This document shows positions 54,301 to 63,783 of a DNA stretch of 64,000 nt, piece by piece (the stretch's first letter is position 1; the number at the start of each line of letters is the position of its first letter). This DNA comes from Pavona decussata (lineage: Eukaryota), in NCBI GenBank assembly GCA_977016875.1, contig CDRNST010000049.1, forward strand, positions 6,448,001 to 6,512,000, written 5' to 3'. The notes under the pieces are model-generated. The model was not told the origin of the DNA. It made no database searches and saw nothing but the letters and a program-made list of their open reading frames with translations. Both the position numbers and the translations under genes were made by a program.

Positions 54301-57300
54301 AATATAACTTTACAGTCAAACAGTTAAGAAAGTGAGGTAAGCCCTCTGTCATTGAGTAGATAAAACAAATACTAATTACAGCACGTAGAGTACAAAGCTC
54401 TTTCTGTATTTTCGGACAAACTTAATTAACCCGTGATTGCCTGTGCGGTATGTGAATACGTTGTTGTTGTGTTTCAACTCTATAAATCGACACAGAAAGT
54501 TGGTAGATGTCTTGAAGATGAGCCATTTATCTTTTGAAATATTTTTTTGATGTAGATAGCAAGAGTATGATAGTTAATTTGGTGAGATTTGACAGGAAGT
54601 TTGTATAGTGCGATATCAACGTTTGTGACGGGCGCTTAAAATATGTCGGCAAAATTTATCATGTAGATCGAGTCCCACGGTGGATCGGTTTCTAATATTT
54701 ACTACTTGCAAAATTTGAAATAATGACGTGGTATTGTAAAGGAACTGAAATATTAAATACCTGCCTTCGAGATTTGTCGTTGAGAGCAAAAAAACGTAAA
54801 CTTTAGATGAGTGCATGGTTTTAGTTATGTGATTTGCGTGACGGTAATCGTGACAGCGAGCCATCAAACTAGTCAAAATACCCTGCACACTTTTTCTTCT
54901 GGATGCTTCGCTTTTAGCGGGCCAAAAAAGGCACTTCGAGAGCGTGAAAAGGAAGGATTAAGGTTAGACTTCATCTATAGATTTGCTCCAGAAAACATAT
55001 GCCGGGACAGATATAGGCCTCTGAAATCGGCCCTAATTTCAATTCGAAATCTAACCCTCGAAGGTCGCTGTCTTCAACTAGTGAATTAGCACATTAAAAA
55101 TATGACTTGCGACTTCATTTTTACACTAAACGAGAGCTAATAGAAAAATTTACTTGCAGCCGAGATAGAAAAACGGGAGTAGTTATCGTTGCTGTGTGCG
55201 AGGCTGCTAAAGATGCATGATTTTCCCGTTTTTCCGGGGGGCTGAATCGGGCGTGAATCCGTAAATTCAACTTCCCTAATTTTTAGAAAAAGGAAAGAGC
55301 GGTGGAACTTTTAATTGTGATTTTTGAAAATAGTTCACCAAAGGGAACATTTATGTGAAATAAAATGAAATCTGAAACTTCCTCTTTGTCGTGGGATTTT
55401 TGATATTTACTGTCAGTAGCTCTTAAGTTTCGTTTGATAGCGTTAACACTCTAAAATTGCAATGTGAAAGGGTTTGGAAAAAGTCGCAATTGTGATATTC
55501 AAAACTGAACTTAAACTTACAGAATTGTGAGACGCGTAAGGAGTGAAAACACATCATTGGTGAGGTTTTTAATATTATTTGAACGCAGCTTCCTGCCAAA
55601 AGGAAAGAGATTAGAGACTATCATGTATTTAAAGACGTTTAAATGATTTAATTCTGAAATGATTGCAAGCTGGAGAGTCTGTGCTCTTTATTTGAGAATT
55701 GTTATTTATGGGACCCTTTTAGTTGACGAGATAAAAAAACAGAAGATGGGATCCGCTGTTATTTCAGTAAGAGCGCAGTTAGATAAGATCCCTTGTTTAT
55801 TCGTGGTGAAGCTATCCTCTGGGAGCTCGTGTGATGGAATGCACTGTGAGACCGCGTGGGACCGCTGAACCGCTTATTTGATCGGAATATGTCGAGCCAG
55901 AGCCATTTTCGCCAAGAGGATAACTTTGACGTAAAAAAAATCAATAGCTGCCTCTTTCGTGTAGGTATGGTGAACGTTTTAATTCCCTCTATTTCGCAAT
56001 TACAACTTCTGTACCAATTTTTTGCCAAGACAATGGCTATACTTTTGACTTACAGGATATCTAGATTTGTCATGTTGGCAAGCATCTCTTGAGGTACCTC
56101 AGTTATATGGTTTGAGTTCAGCTCACTGAGAAAAAATGAGGAAAATAAATAGAAAATGGAGCAATTCTTAACAACACTGGAGAAATCTGACATAAAATTC
56201 ATCGCTGTTACAGTTCTTCATCTGAACTTGGGCAAGTCATATTGGACAGATTTTTTTTGCATGGCGCAGGATGCTGTGACATTCATTAACTATTCATGAT
56301 CAGCGAAGCGCGCATACGCGCTCTGAAAAGCCCCGAATAAGAGAAGAAAGAGCTAAAATTGGCCGAGTAGCGTTGATAAAACTCGCTTTCATGCTTTTAA
56401 AAACGATTAACCTAAAAACCTACGCGCAGCATTGTGAAGAGGAATGTTGCAACTATATTTTAAGACTAAAATAAAGAAGACTGATTAAGTGGAAGGGCTG
56501 TCCTTTTGCAATTGAAAATAAGGGAAAATTGGCCTTTTTTTTGTATGGAGGCCGTTTTTCAAAGCAAATTTCTAAAAAAGTATGCTGATTTTAGAAAACC
56601 TACGCCAGTTTATGGAAAATTATCCTCTCTTGACAAGAATCTGTTAAAAGTAAGATGTGTAATATCTGTAGCAAAGTAAGAAATAAAAGCGGCTTGTGCT
56701 GAACGATACAAAGGAATTAACAATAGTGCACTGGTTTCATTGTTTAGTTTGCCGCCTCCATCAGGCTAATGAGCATTGCCGGGCGTTCATAGCAACCAAT
56801 GAATAAGCTTCTTTTGGGCGCTATGAATAATAAAAAGCGTAATAACAGACCTTTCCAACTGCAAGTAAATGTCACGAGAACAAGGGCCATTCTACGCTAT
56901 GGTCTTTTTCATATGACTTATTGATAAAAAACAAAACAAAACAAACATTCAAAAAAAAAATTAAACAAAACAACAACAACAACAACAACAACAACAAAAG
57001 ATTCATGATTCAAGGAATTATCTGCGTTTAGGCCAGGACACAGTTACGATGCCTCTCAGACAAAACTCGTCTTTACTTCTACCAGACTATCTCTACACTA
57101 TGTTATACCATTTAACAAAAAACTTTATTTTAGTGTCGTTGACGTGATAGCAATAGCATCAAGAATTGAAGAAACATAATCATAAAAAAGACTTGCAGCA
57201 AGTCGACTTCTTAAGAGCGAGGAGGTCTCCAGGCGAACGAACAGTAATCGACACTGCAGATGACTTGTTGGTGTTTTATTGCTTTATGTTACATGCGGGT

Positions 57301-60300
57301 AGGTTTGTTAAAAGTTAAAAGTATTTTATCTGATGTTTTGAAATACTATTGGCCACTTCTTTATATGAAGGGTTTTTTTGGCATGTGATTTTACTTATGT
57401 TTCACTCGATAGGTCTGAAAAAAAAAAAAAAAAAAACCTATGTGGCTACGTTACTTATCACAGAGATAAAGTCATTATTCGTTAAAAGCAGTTTACGTTT
57501 TCCAGTTGTGAACGTCAAAGGAAACAAATTTGGACATGCTTTTTATCCCCAAGTGTCTTTTTCATAGCTATTGTGATGGGAGAAGGAGGCGGAGTCCACT
57601 TGCCCAAGAAGACTAAAAAGCCCTGTCCAGACGGGGTTAATATATTTTTACTTCAACTCTGGTAGACAATTGTCTTAGTGTAAGTAAGATTCAGTATTCA
57701 ACTTTAATAATTTGTTAGGTACTCATGTTATTTTCCATAAAAAAGAATGACAGTTTCGAAAACTGCTCATCAAACAAAAAACCAACAAAAATTTATTTGG
57801 TACACGTCAATGGCCACAATGACAACAGTGATGTACGTTGCACATATCACATGGTAATTGGTCAGTCAAAATATTGATCATGAAAAGAGTAACCAATATT
57901 CTAAGCCCAGACGAAATGAAAATCTTATCCTTTCTAAAGAACCATCAAGAACTCGGAAGCCGGCAATGTTGAAAATTGTTTCGTCCACTGTAATCACACA
58001 ACTTATACGTAGTTTTCACGATGTATGAGGCTAGGCCTCATCAATGACAATGATATCAATCACCTGATAAATTGTTGTTGCTTTTAACTAATATCTTGTT
58101 CAAGGGTGTCATTCTTACAGTTCTCGTAAAGATATGAGATTAGAAAACACATGTGGTGTGAGGCTTCTAATATTGTTTGATCTCAGCCATCTGCGAAAAA
58201 AAAGGAAACAAAAAGGTGGCTCGAATTTAATTAAATAAAAAAACGTCCTTGTTAGCTTGCGTAGCCTTAAAGATTTCAGGGCCCACTTTTCAACTCTTCT
58301 CCAAATTAAATTACATGTAGTTTTAACTCGGCGATGATCTTTCGTTTAAGTTCTTTGGGCTGATTACACATTTCTTCTTTACGAACGCCCGTCCATCCGC
58401 AAGTTCAAATCCTTACCAAATCAAATACCGTAAACTGCCGCTTATAAGCCCTGGGCTTATATAACTTTGTAAGGGGTTTTAGATGGGCTTATAAAGGGGA
58501 AAATACAAACTTTACTATAAAAGTTTTGTGATAATATTATTAAAAGCACTATTAATTGCTTTTCTTCTCTTGTTTTTTACTGTTGACGTCTTGATTTCTT
58601 CGGGCGCTGGTAGTTTCACTGTACGAACTGAAAAGAAACCATGGCAAAATTATACACAATGCAACCTTACTAGTATTTTTCCAAAAACATTTATTATTAT
58701 AATGTATTGTTAAAAGAAACATTACAGAAATTGCAATCTCTTCAACGTTGAAAATACATCCCCAGTCAAGTTTTCAATATAGTTGTAACTTAAATCCCTG
58801 AAAAAGACGTGAAAAAAAAAAATAGTGTTGCTATTGCATATGTCAAAGACTGCCCAAACAGGTGGCTGCCTATATATTTGTTGCAGATTCGTTGATGCAG
58901 TTCGAATAAGCAAAGCACTGCCATAGATGTAAAGGTTTTTATGCTCGATAGACTGTAATACTCAACTTGATTTTCTAATTACTGTATTTTTTTGCCTTGG
59001 TTTTGTTGTGTTGTCTTTTCTTATTTTGTTTTATTCTTTTGGGTAACGGCTAATTAGATTGAATGATTGAGGTGGCACGAGTCTTTACGCCAACTTATTG
59101 CTTACCTGGGTTGGAAGTAGCCCTTACACTGACTTGGACCCCGTACCTACCTACATGCTCCTCCTTAACAAGATTTGTTTTGCATCAGGTGTATGGTGCA
59201 CTACCTAAACCACTTCACCACAGGGGAGAAGCTTGCTTATTCACCCGTGTCAGTCTCTTGGCATTGGTACTTATTACACATACAACCTATGTTGAATGCA
59301 GGGTTCACAGTCGACCTAAGTTGAATAATAGTTCCACCTGAGACCGGATTTTACGTGCAATATGTAGACCTGGAGAGGGAGAGAAAATTTGGGCTCATTT
59401 TCAATGAACGTCACTGTGCTTTGACCCATGATGGATCCCTCACTTTCCAACGTTCCATGAGGGGAGCAGGGTTGGCGCAGTGTTTGAGCACTCGCCTTCC
59501 ACCTATGTGGCCCGGGTTCGATTCCCGGACTCGGCGTCATAAGTGGGCTGAGTTTGTTGGTTCTCTACTCTATTTGATTTGATTTGATTTGTAATTAGCT
59601 TTCTTGGATTGTAAAGCGCCTTTGATCATTTAGATGTTAAAGGGCGCTATATAAGTATTAAAATTTAATTTTTAAAATTTTAATTTTAATAAGTCTGATG
59701 CACATATCACTAAGACCGCGATCCCTCTCAGAACCAAGGGCAGAGGCTTTGGACTTGGCTACGATGCCGTGCAAACACTTATTCTTTTCAACTTACAGGT
59801 GAAACAGAAATGGGTTGGCTGCAAACGCTTTGTCGCTTAGAGAAGCCAAGGCATTAGCACTTATTGACCTGTGAATAGCAATAAAAGAATTTCCCTGAGA
59901 TCTTATCGACGTTTCTGGACGTAATATATCCTACGTTAATCCTACCTAGACCCGGCTTTTTTTTATCTTCTGGGGCCGGGGGCGGATTCCATCCCCCTCC
60001 TTCACCCCACCATAACTCCCAGATTTTGACAATGACGCTTGGATAGTAAATAGCACGTCCAAATATGTATTCTTTAAGGTCCACAACAAGACCTGATAAC
60101 GTCATATGACGTGAAAATTACGTCATGATTGCCAAATGGCGGCCATCTTGGATCTGCCATATTGGATTTCTGGATTTCCGCCAAACTTAAGGAAAGCGCG
60201 AAAATTGAACGAAAAGTAATCAAAACCAATATAGGAACGCTAATATGACATAAGAACATAAACGTTACGGCAAGGAAAGTAATTTTCATTTTAAGAAGGC

Positions 60301-60870
60301 ATTTGCCATTTTCTGGAAAAACTGCCTGTAAAAATTGGTTGCCATTGTAATATCAAAGTCAATGAAAACCAAAAATACTGACCATATCAAATTGCTTTCA
60401 GATAAATCTGTGAAAAAGTCATGAAAAGTTATGTGATTGCGTTTGCCAAAATATGGAAATTTTCTGTAGGTTAAATGTCGCCGCGGCCAGAATCCCCCCC
60501 TCCCGTATACATAGGGTTTAATGTATGATGTTACCATCCTGGTAGTATACTAAAAAAACAATTGCCAAATAAGTTTAAAATACATCATGGTACAATACTA
60601 TTAAAGGTAAATGTGCAAAAATATTACATTAACCTAGCAGACCAGTTGTTGAATCAAAAATATTTTCAGCGGCAAAATAACTCTATGATTGGCTAATGAG
60701 AAGTTCCACGTCTTACTATGTCTGTTATTCTTTTAGAAGTTTTTTAATTGCACTAATGTTGTACTCTCTGAGGTCTGCACAATATAATGTTCACTTACAG
60801 AATCCTTAGTTTTGTTAGGGTGGTAAACAAGCCATTAGGAAGGTATTCCAATGAGTTGTAATCCATCTCC
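24447..60870 (-). CDS. Multi-exon LRR / Cys-rich repeat / multi-TM (about 7TM) receptor; 5' end not found in window
   Basis: 22 exons with GT-AG boundaries join in one frame (3634 nt, ~1210 aa) to a stop at 24447-24449; exons are listed individually below. Confidence 0.88.
25703..26050. mobile_element. MITE-like inverted-repeat element
   Basis: acaagcgcaacaagttggactattttgagccggaaaatggt / accatttttcaggtcaaaatagtccaactttcggcgcttgt. Confidence 0.55.
26839..28401 (-). CDS. Receptor large exon: Cys-rich stalk + multi-TM domain
   Basis: 1563 bp, phase 1/1. CPC..GYWW..CKIGYKGPLCSVCSAGYY; KIAIGFYQV, YLKADYSIQC, FLHENYK..WYWELVEMSRK, RP..FENRL; donor gtaagt. Confidence 0.93.
29853..30172. mobile_element. 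Harbinger-like MITE with gttgaa/ttcaac internal repeats
   Basis: ggccggttt...aactggcc termini; TTA TSD at 29850-52 and 30173-75. Confidence 0.75.
30225..30350 (-). CDS. Receptor exon, Cys-rich repeat
   Basis: 126 bp, phase 1/1: GFYSDDVGYVGKSCKRCPNGSFVAFDKAPGTRKSDCKSCPQG. Confidence 0.92.
31192..31415 (-). CDS. Receptor exon, linker + first Cys-rich repeat
   Basis: 224 bp, phase 2/1: NPLNSKSEAVDV...FLPCPLGTFSNSSSQGSEGCTSCPPG. Confidence 0.88.
31672..32341. mobile_element. tRNA-core partial-tandem retroposon with inversion (related to 17004-17437), interrupted by a SINE
   Basis: 13-bp TSD ggtgatatttatc (31659-31671, 32342-32354); 247-bp unit (31669 vs 31916); tRNA-like core on -; short + oriented end ~32285-32341. 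Confidence 0.8.
31965..32243 (+). mobile_element. tRNA-derived SINE with (TTA)n tail
   Basis: A box tggcccagtgg, B box ggttcaagtcc, body ctggtttgcctcctgccagttggg, tail (tta)n 32195-32243. Confidence 0.85.
32391..32462 (-). CDS. Receptor exon, degenerate LRR
   Basis: 72 bp: LLKNRALKTLKYFSDGKSGCTIYL; donor gttagt. Confidence 0.65.
32687..32761 (-). CDS. Receptor LRR-like exon
   Basis: 75 bp: YLLRTNLKTLNQESFIGLRSRDSNL. Confidence 0.8.
33443..33514 (-). CDS. Receptor LRR exon
   Basis: 72 bp: MLSDNPIERIEPAAFRLGVFKMKV. Confidence 0.85.
35440..35535 (-). CDS. Receptor extended LRR exon
   Basis: 96 bp: FVSGNLLVNITRGTFVHSNPPPYLAHSFSQI; donor gtgagt. Confidence 0.75.
36321..36388. repeat. (AAT)n microsatellite
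   Basis: About 22 units with one interruption; explains the poly-L and poly-Y ORFs. Confidence 0.95.
36718..37002. mobile_element. Harbinger-like MITE
   Basis: TIR agccaccgttacacgttgaaacttttagctgaaact / agtttcagctaaaagtttcatcgtgtaacggcggct; a related fragment lies at ~62390-62510. Confidence 0.7.
37632..38056. mobile_element. PIF/Harbinger-like MITE with (gcacaa/gcataa)n internal repeats
   Basis: TIR agcctggtttacatgtacgacgcaagc; TAA TSD at 37629-31 and 38057-59. Confidence 0.85.
40021..40056. repeat. (AAAC)n microsatellite
   Basis: Direct reading. Confidence 0.9.
40099..40170 (-). CDS. Receptor LRR exon
   Basis: 72 bp: DISNNKLQSLPNNVFSPLKLLLSL. Confidence 0.9.
41282..41353 (-). CDS. Receptor LRR exon
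   Basis: 72 bp: DLKSNNIQEISADAFSSCEALEAL. Confidence 0.9.
41977..42048 (-). CDS. Receptor LRR exon
   Basis: 72 bp: NLSSNCIQNISADLFTPLKQLMI. Confidence 0.9.
44198..44269 (-). CDS. Receptor LRR exon
   Basis: 72 bp: ILQSNKIQNLPADSFASLSNLEAL; AAG acceptor. Confidence 0.88.
45567..45638 (-). CDS. Receptor LRR exon
   Basis: 72 bp: YIRSNNVGNLSKELFSSLTSLRKL. Confidence 0.9.
45733..46146. mobile_element. Kolobok-like MITE (TTAA-AGG termini)
   Basis: ttaa-agggaggggttcac...gcgcatg / catgcac...gtgaacctctcct-ttta. Confidence 0.55.
46505..46576 (-). CDS. Receptor LRR exon
   Basis: 72 bp: YLSSNEITFLPKRIFANLTNLRYL. Confidence 0.92.
46920..47329. mobile_element. ~410-bp fold-back (palindromic) MITE
   Basis: ~200-bp arms cattgcctgatttcataccgtgggggtctgggtac... 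/ ...gtacccagacccccacggtatgaaatcaggcaatg with a ~14-nt loop; no clear TSD. Confidence 0.85.
48875..48946 (-). CDS. Receptor LRR exon
   Basis: 72 bp: NLDKNNIKDLPANVFSALIKLKTL. Confidence 0.92.
49623..49694 (-). CDS. Receptor LRR exon
   Basis: 72 bp: DLASNHLTQLPQEVFANLKNLGYL. Confidence 0.92.
50099..55422. mobile_element. Sola3-like non-autonomous DNA transposon with ~1.5-kb TIRs
   Basis: TTAA TSD (50095-98, 55423-26); GAG...CTC termini. Left TIR 50099-51259 + 52358-~52775 mirrors right TIR ~53897-55422. Identical mirrored ORFs appear in the ORF track. Confidence 0.85.
51260..52348. mobile_element. Nested TIR element with 9-bp TSD (MULE-like)
   Basis: ~215-bp TIRs cgcagtggctattcgtacggcacccgtacggcgac; TSD ttctactaa at 51251-59 and 52349-57. 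Confidence 0.85.
55521..55592 (-). CDS. Receptor LRR exon
   Basis: 72 bp: KLRSNNIKNLTNDVFSLLTRLTIL. Confidence 0.92.
56054..56125 (-). CDS. Receptor LRR exon
   Basis: 72 bp: ELNSNHITEVPQEMLANMTNLDIL. Confidence 0.9.
58119..58190 (-). CDS. Receptor LRR exon
   Basis: 72 bp: WLRSNNIRSLTPHVFSNLISLREL. Confidence 0.92.
58726..58797 (-). CDS. Receptor LRR exon
   Basis: 72 bp: DLSYNYIENLTGDVFSTLKRLQFL. Confidence 0.92.
59461..59690 (+). mobile_element. tRNA-derived SINE with L2-like 3' tail
   Basis: A box tggcgcagtg, B box ggttcgattcc; tail gtaaagcgcctttga...gcgctatataag. Confidence 0.75.
59797..59868 (-). CDS. Receptor LRR exon
   Basis: 72 bp: SISANALASLSDKAFAANPFLFHL. Confidence 0.88.
59940..60516. 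mobile_element. piggyBac-like MITE (TTAA-CCCT...AGGG-TTAA type, degenerate)
   Basis: ttaa-tcctacctagac / gtatacataggg-tttaa; related fragments at ~35800-36120, ~42360-42560 and ~49880-50090. Confidence 0.55.
60799..60870 (-). CDS. Receptor LRR exon (most 5' exon found)
   Basis: 72 bp: EMDYNSLEYLPNGLFTTLTKLRIL. Confidence 0.9.
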
Positions 60871-62534
60871 CTGCGAAAATGATGCCAGCATTTGTCATTT
60901 AAGACTAGTAATGTTGTTCACACCTAAATGTATCTAGAATGCACAGGGAACTGGATTGCCGCCAAGGATATCTGCTCTCTTTACATTTTTCTTTCTGGTT
61001 GTTGCTTGAATAAAAAAAACTCTCGTAAACTTTATTATATGCTCCCAAAAAGGATCATAGATATACAGCTACATGGTTAGCCACCGTTTAGCTTCATGTT
61101 TAAGGATCATAGGCGAACTCCAAGAAAAGTAAGATGTGTGTAGTTCAAATTAACGGCGCTGAGAGAAAGTCAAATTGTGAAGGAGAAAGTTGAAGATATT
61201 AAAAACATTTGCTAATGTCGATGGAGAAACTGACTAAGATCTATGCAAATGTATTAAAGAATAGGATCATTTTTTCTAAGTTAGCTCTGTATGGAGCTCG
61301 AAGAGAGAAATCTCTTGCGACTGAGCTTGAGCCAAAGCCTCATCAGTTTAATATGAAATGCAAAGTAGTGAACGGTGCCAACAATTTGGGGGTGAAACAA
61401 AACACGATCACCCACCAATGCTCATTCCTTCGTAAATGTAATCCTGAGCTTCATTGAGAGATTTGTTGCTATCATGTTGTCAGCGAATGGGAATCGCCAG
61501 AAAGCGACGATTCCTGCTTATCAAAATTAGGGGTAAATGAAGTAGGTTGTTTGACCAACCTTTTTCCCGTTTTTTAAGCGTTTCTTCGATTTGTGTAGAA
61601 TATTTGAGATACAATCAAACATTATTCAGAAGCTGAGTGATTATGGATAGATTTTGTGTCTTCGGAGAGCGTGCAAATTTTCGTCTTGTCTGACTTTTGC
61701 GGATTCGCAAATTTTACGCCCTTTTCAAAAGACATTTTCTCACGACTGCGCGGTTAGAATTTCAAATAAAAACGGTTTTGGCACAGTCCATCCATCAGGG
61801 TTTAATGTTCAGCAAAATTTAAATTGGGATCTACGAATCCTTTTGCGAGATTGGCCATTAAAGTCAGTTGAAATGGGCAAACCAGAATACATTTTTCCCG
61901 CCATTTGTTAATTGCCAACAGACATAAAAATTGATTTCTTTCAACCGTTTGCATTTAATCCATAAGTACACTCTTTTTATTTGTCTGAAGTGTCTGTACT
62001 GTTTAAAGCAAATGACTTAAAGTGTTTTGTACTATATTAAGTCACATTTGAGTTCTCTCACACGATATTTTAGTAGCAGATACCATGTGCAATATCTTAT
62101 CGCCAAATATCAAATTACTCGTTTGATCAAGTTTTGTTACTTTTACCGCGAAATGATTATCTTAACAACTTGAAATCGAAAATTTACCTTTTTACTTCTA
62201 TTTTCAAAATATTAGCTAAAATCGACATGTGACTTTGAAATCGATCTTGTGACTTTTACAATACTTTGTAAACTGAAATAGCCATCTCGCATTCACGTAG
62301 ACAAATTTGTGAGGTCATTGAAATACGAAATTTGATCTGTTTAAAATGTTTAACTTTTACATTCAATTTTCTTTCCTTCATTCCGATCCTTCTGCAACGG
62401 CTCGTGAAAAAACAAGAGTTTCACCGTGTAACACCACTTGCTAAAACTAGTCTCGTTCGCCGTTGAACACTAGTTTCAGGTTAAAGGTTCAACGTGTAAC
62501 TACGGCTTAATAGTATATTTTGTGAGGCCAGGAA

Positions 62535-62615
62535 CAATCTCGTACCCAGCGTCCTCTGGCTTTTTGGTCGACCACCCGCTGACCAAAATGAAAGAGGACT
62601 CTGGATACGAGATTG
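62535..62615. mobile_element. 81-bp palindromic mini-MITE (Academ-like)
   Basis: caatctcgtacccag...ctggatacgagattg; 9-bp flanks ggccaggaa / ggccagaaa. Confidence 0.75.
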
Positions 62616-62629
62616 GGCCAGAAAAGGCT

Positions 62630-62861
62630 TAATCTCGTACGTAGAGTCCTCAGGCTATAAGGTCAGCGGGTGGGCGCCAGGAGAGACTTTGGGGTACTGG
62701 AATTTTATTACCGCAGGATTTCTGCGGTAAAACAATGAAAGCCGTTACGCAGCCGTTACTGGACAGCCAATCAAAAAATTTAAATAGAATTCCAGTCCCC
62801 CAGAGTCTCCCTGGTGCCCATCCGCTGACCAAAAAGCCTGAGGACTCTGGGTACGTGATTG
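62630..62861. mobile_element. 232-bp MITE of the same TIR family
   Basis: aatctcgtac..gagtcctcaggc / gcctgaggactctgggtacgtgattg; 9-bp flanks gaaaaggct / ggaaaggct. Confidence 0.75.
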
Positions 62862-63378
62862 GGAAAGGCTAACAGTTCGGTCGGGGATGGGAAAAAGAGA
62901 GATCCTGGGAACGAAAGTTGCTGTTGTGTCTGCGTATCCTGTGTTTGACGCTTCTGTCGTTTTCCGCAACTCAGGGCAGGTTGTTCAAAATACCAAAATT
63001 TATCTTAGGATCACATCATTCTGGCCGCTCCTTTTAAGTCTTTCAGTTGCTACTCTTTGTTACTGATCGATTCCATTTATTTCAGGTGTCTGACCCTATC
63101 AACATGGGTTGAATCAATAAGTGGAAAAATATTAAGTGAAAAACGGGAGCTTAGCATAACGTGGATCCCACAGTGGTAGTGATTAGTCTGGGCTTCTGTA
63201 AATGCCATATTTAATAGGTTTCGCAGGTTCCACAGATTCCGACGTTCTACTATTCCACTCTGCTGTGCAATTCTAAAATAAATAATTTCCTCAAAAACAT
63301 GCCGATAACCCACTATACTATTGGACCTACTATTAAACTCTCTTTTCCCAGTCCGCTTTAAAGTATTCAAGACCTTAC

Positions 63379-63783
63379 CTGACCCAGTGGGAACTACTTT
63401 GCCATGTAAGTCATAGATTTCCATAGACATAGAAGCAGTAACTCGGCGTGGATTGGCTAGCTTCTTTTGTGGACCCTCTTGAAAAGGATAAGCACACTTA
63501 TTGGTTTTGCGGCCGACCCAGTCTGTTGTGAGTGAATTTCTGTGCTTTGGACAGTCATCGCGGCCTTCTGGTCAGGAGTAAGACGAAAGTAGCCAGCACG
63601 ATTTAGAATGAGGTCATCTTCGCTAACAACACTTCGCTAACACACTTCACTAGCGCCGATGCTTTTCAGTAGAGGCTTGACATCTCTTGTAAACGCGGCT
63701 AATGGTGTAATAGTATTTCCTATTCCGACTTGGTCATAAGGAGAGTTCTCAGAATGGAAAGAACAGCTCACTAAAATACTCAT
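63379..63783 (-). pseudogene. Decayed first exon of a Cys/His-rich (ARL14EP-like) domain protein, probably transposon-borne
   Basis: MSILVSCSF..ITPLAAFTRDVK..C*RSVVSEDDLILNRAGYF../CPKHRNSLTTDW..KCAYP..RRVTASMSMEIY..VVPTGSG then gtaag donor; one stop and one frameshift. Confidence 0.5.

Noticed and set aside
50432-55089. Duplicated 90-92-aa ORFs on opposite strands
   Set aside because: Mirror images produced by the long TIRs; no protein motifs
63077-63430. Integrase-like GIVERRN motif in the 117-aa ORF
   Set aside because: No DDE context; the ORF reads through a splice donor into probable intron
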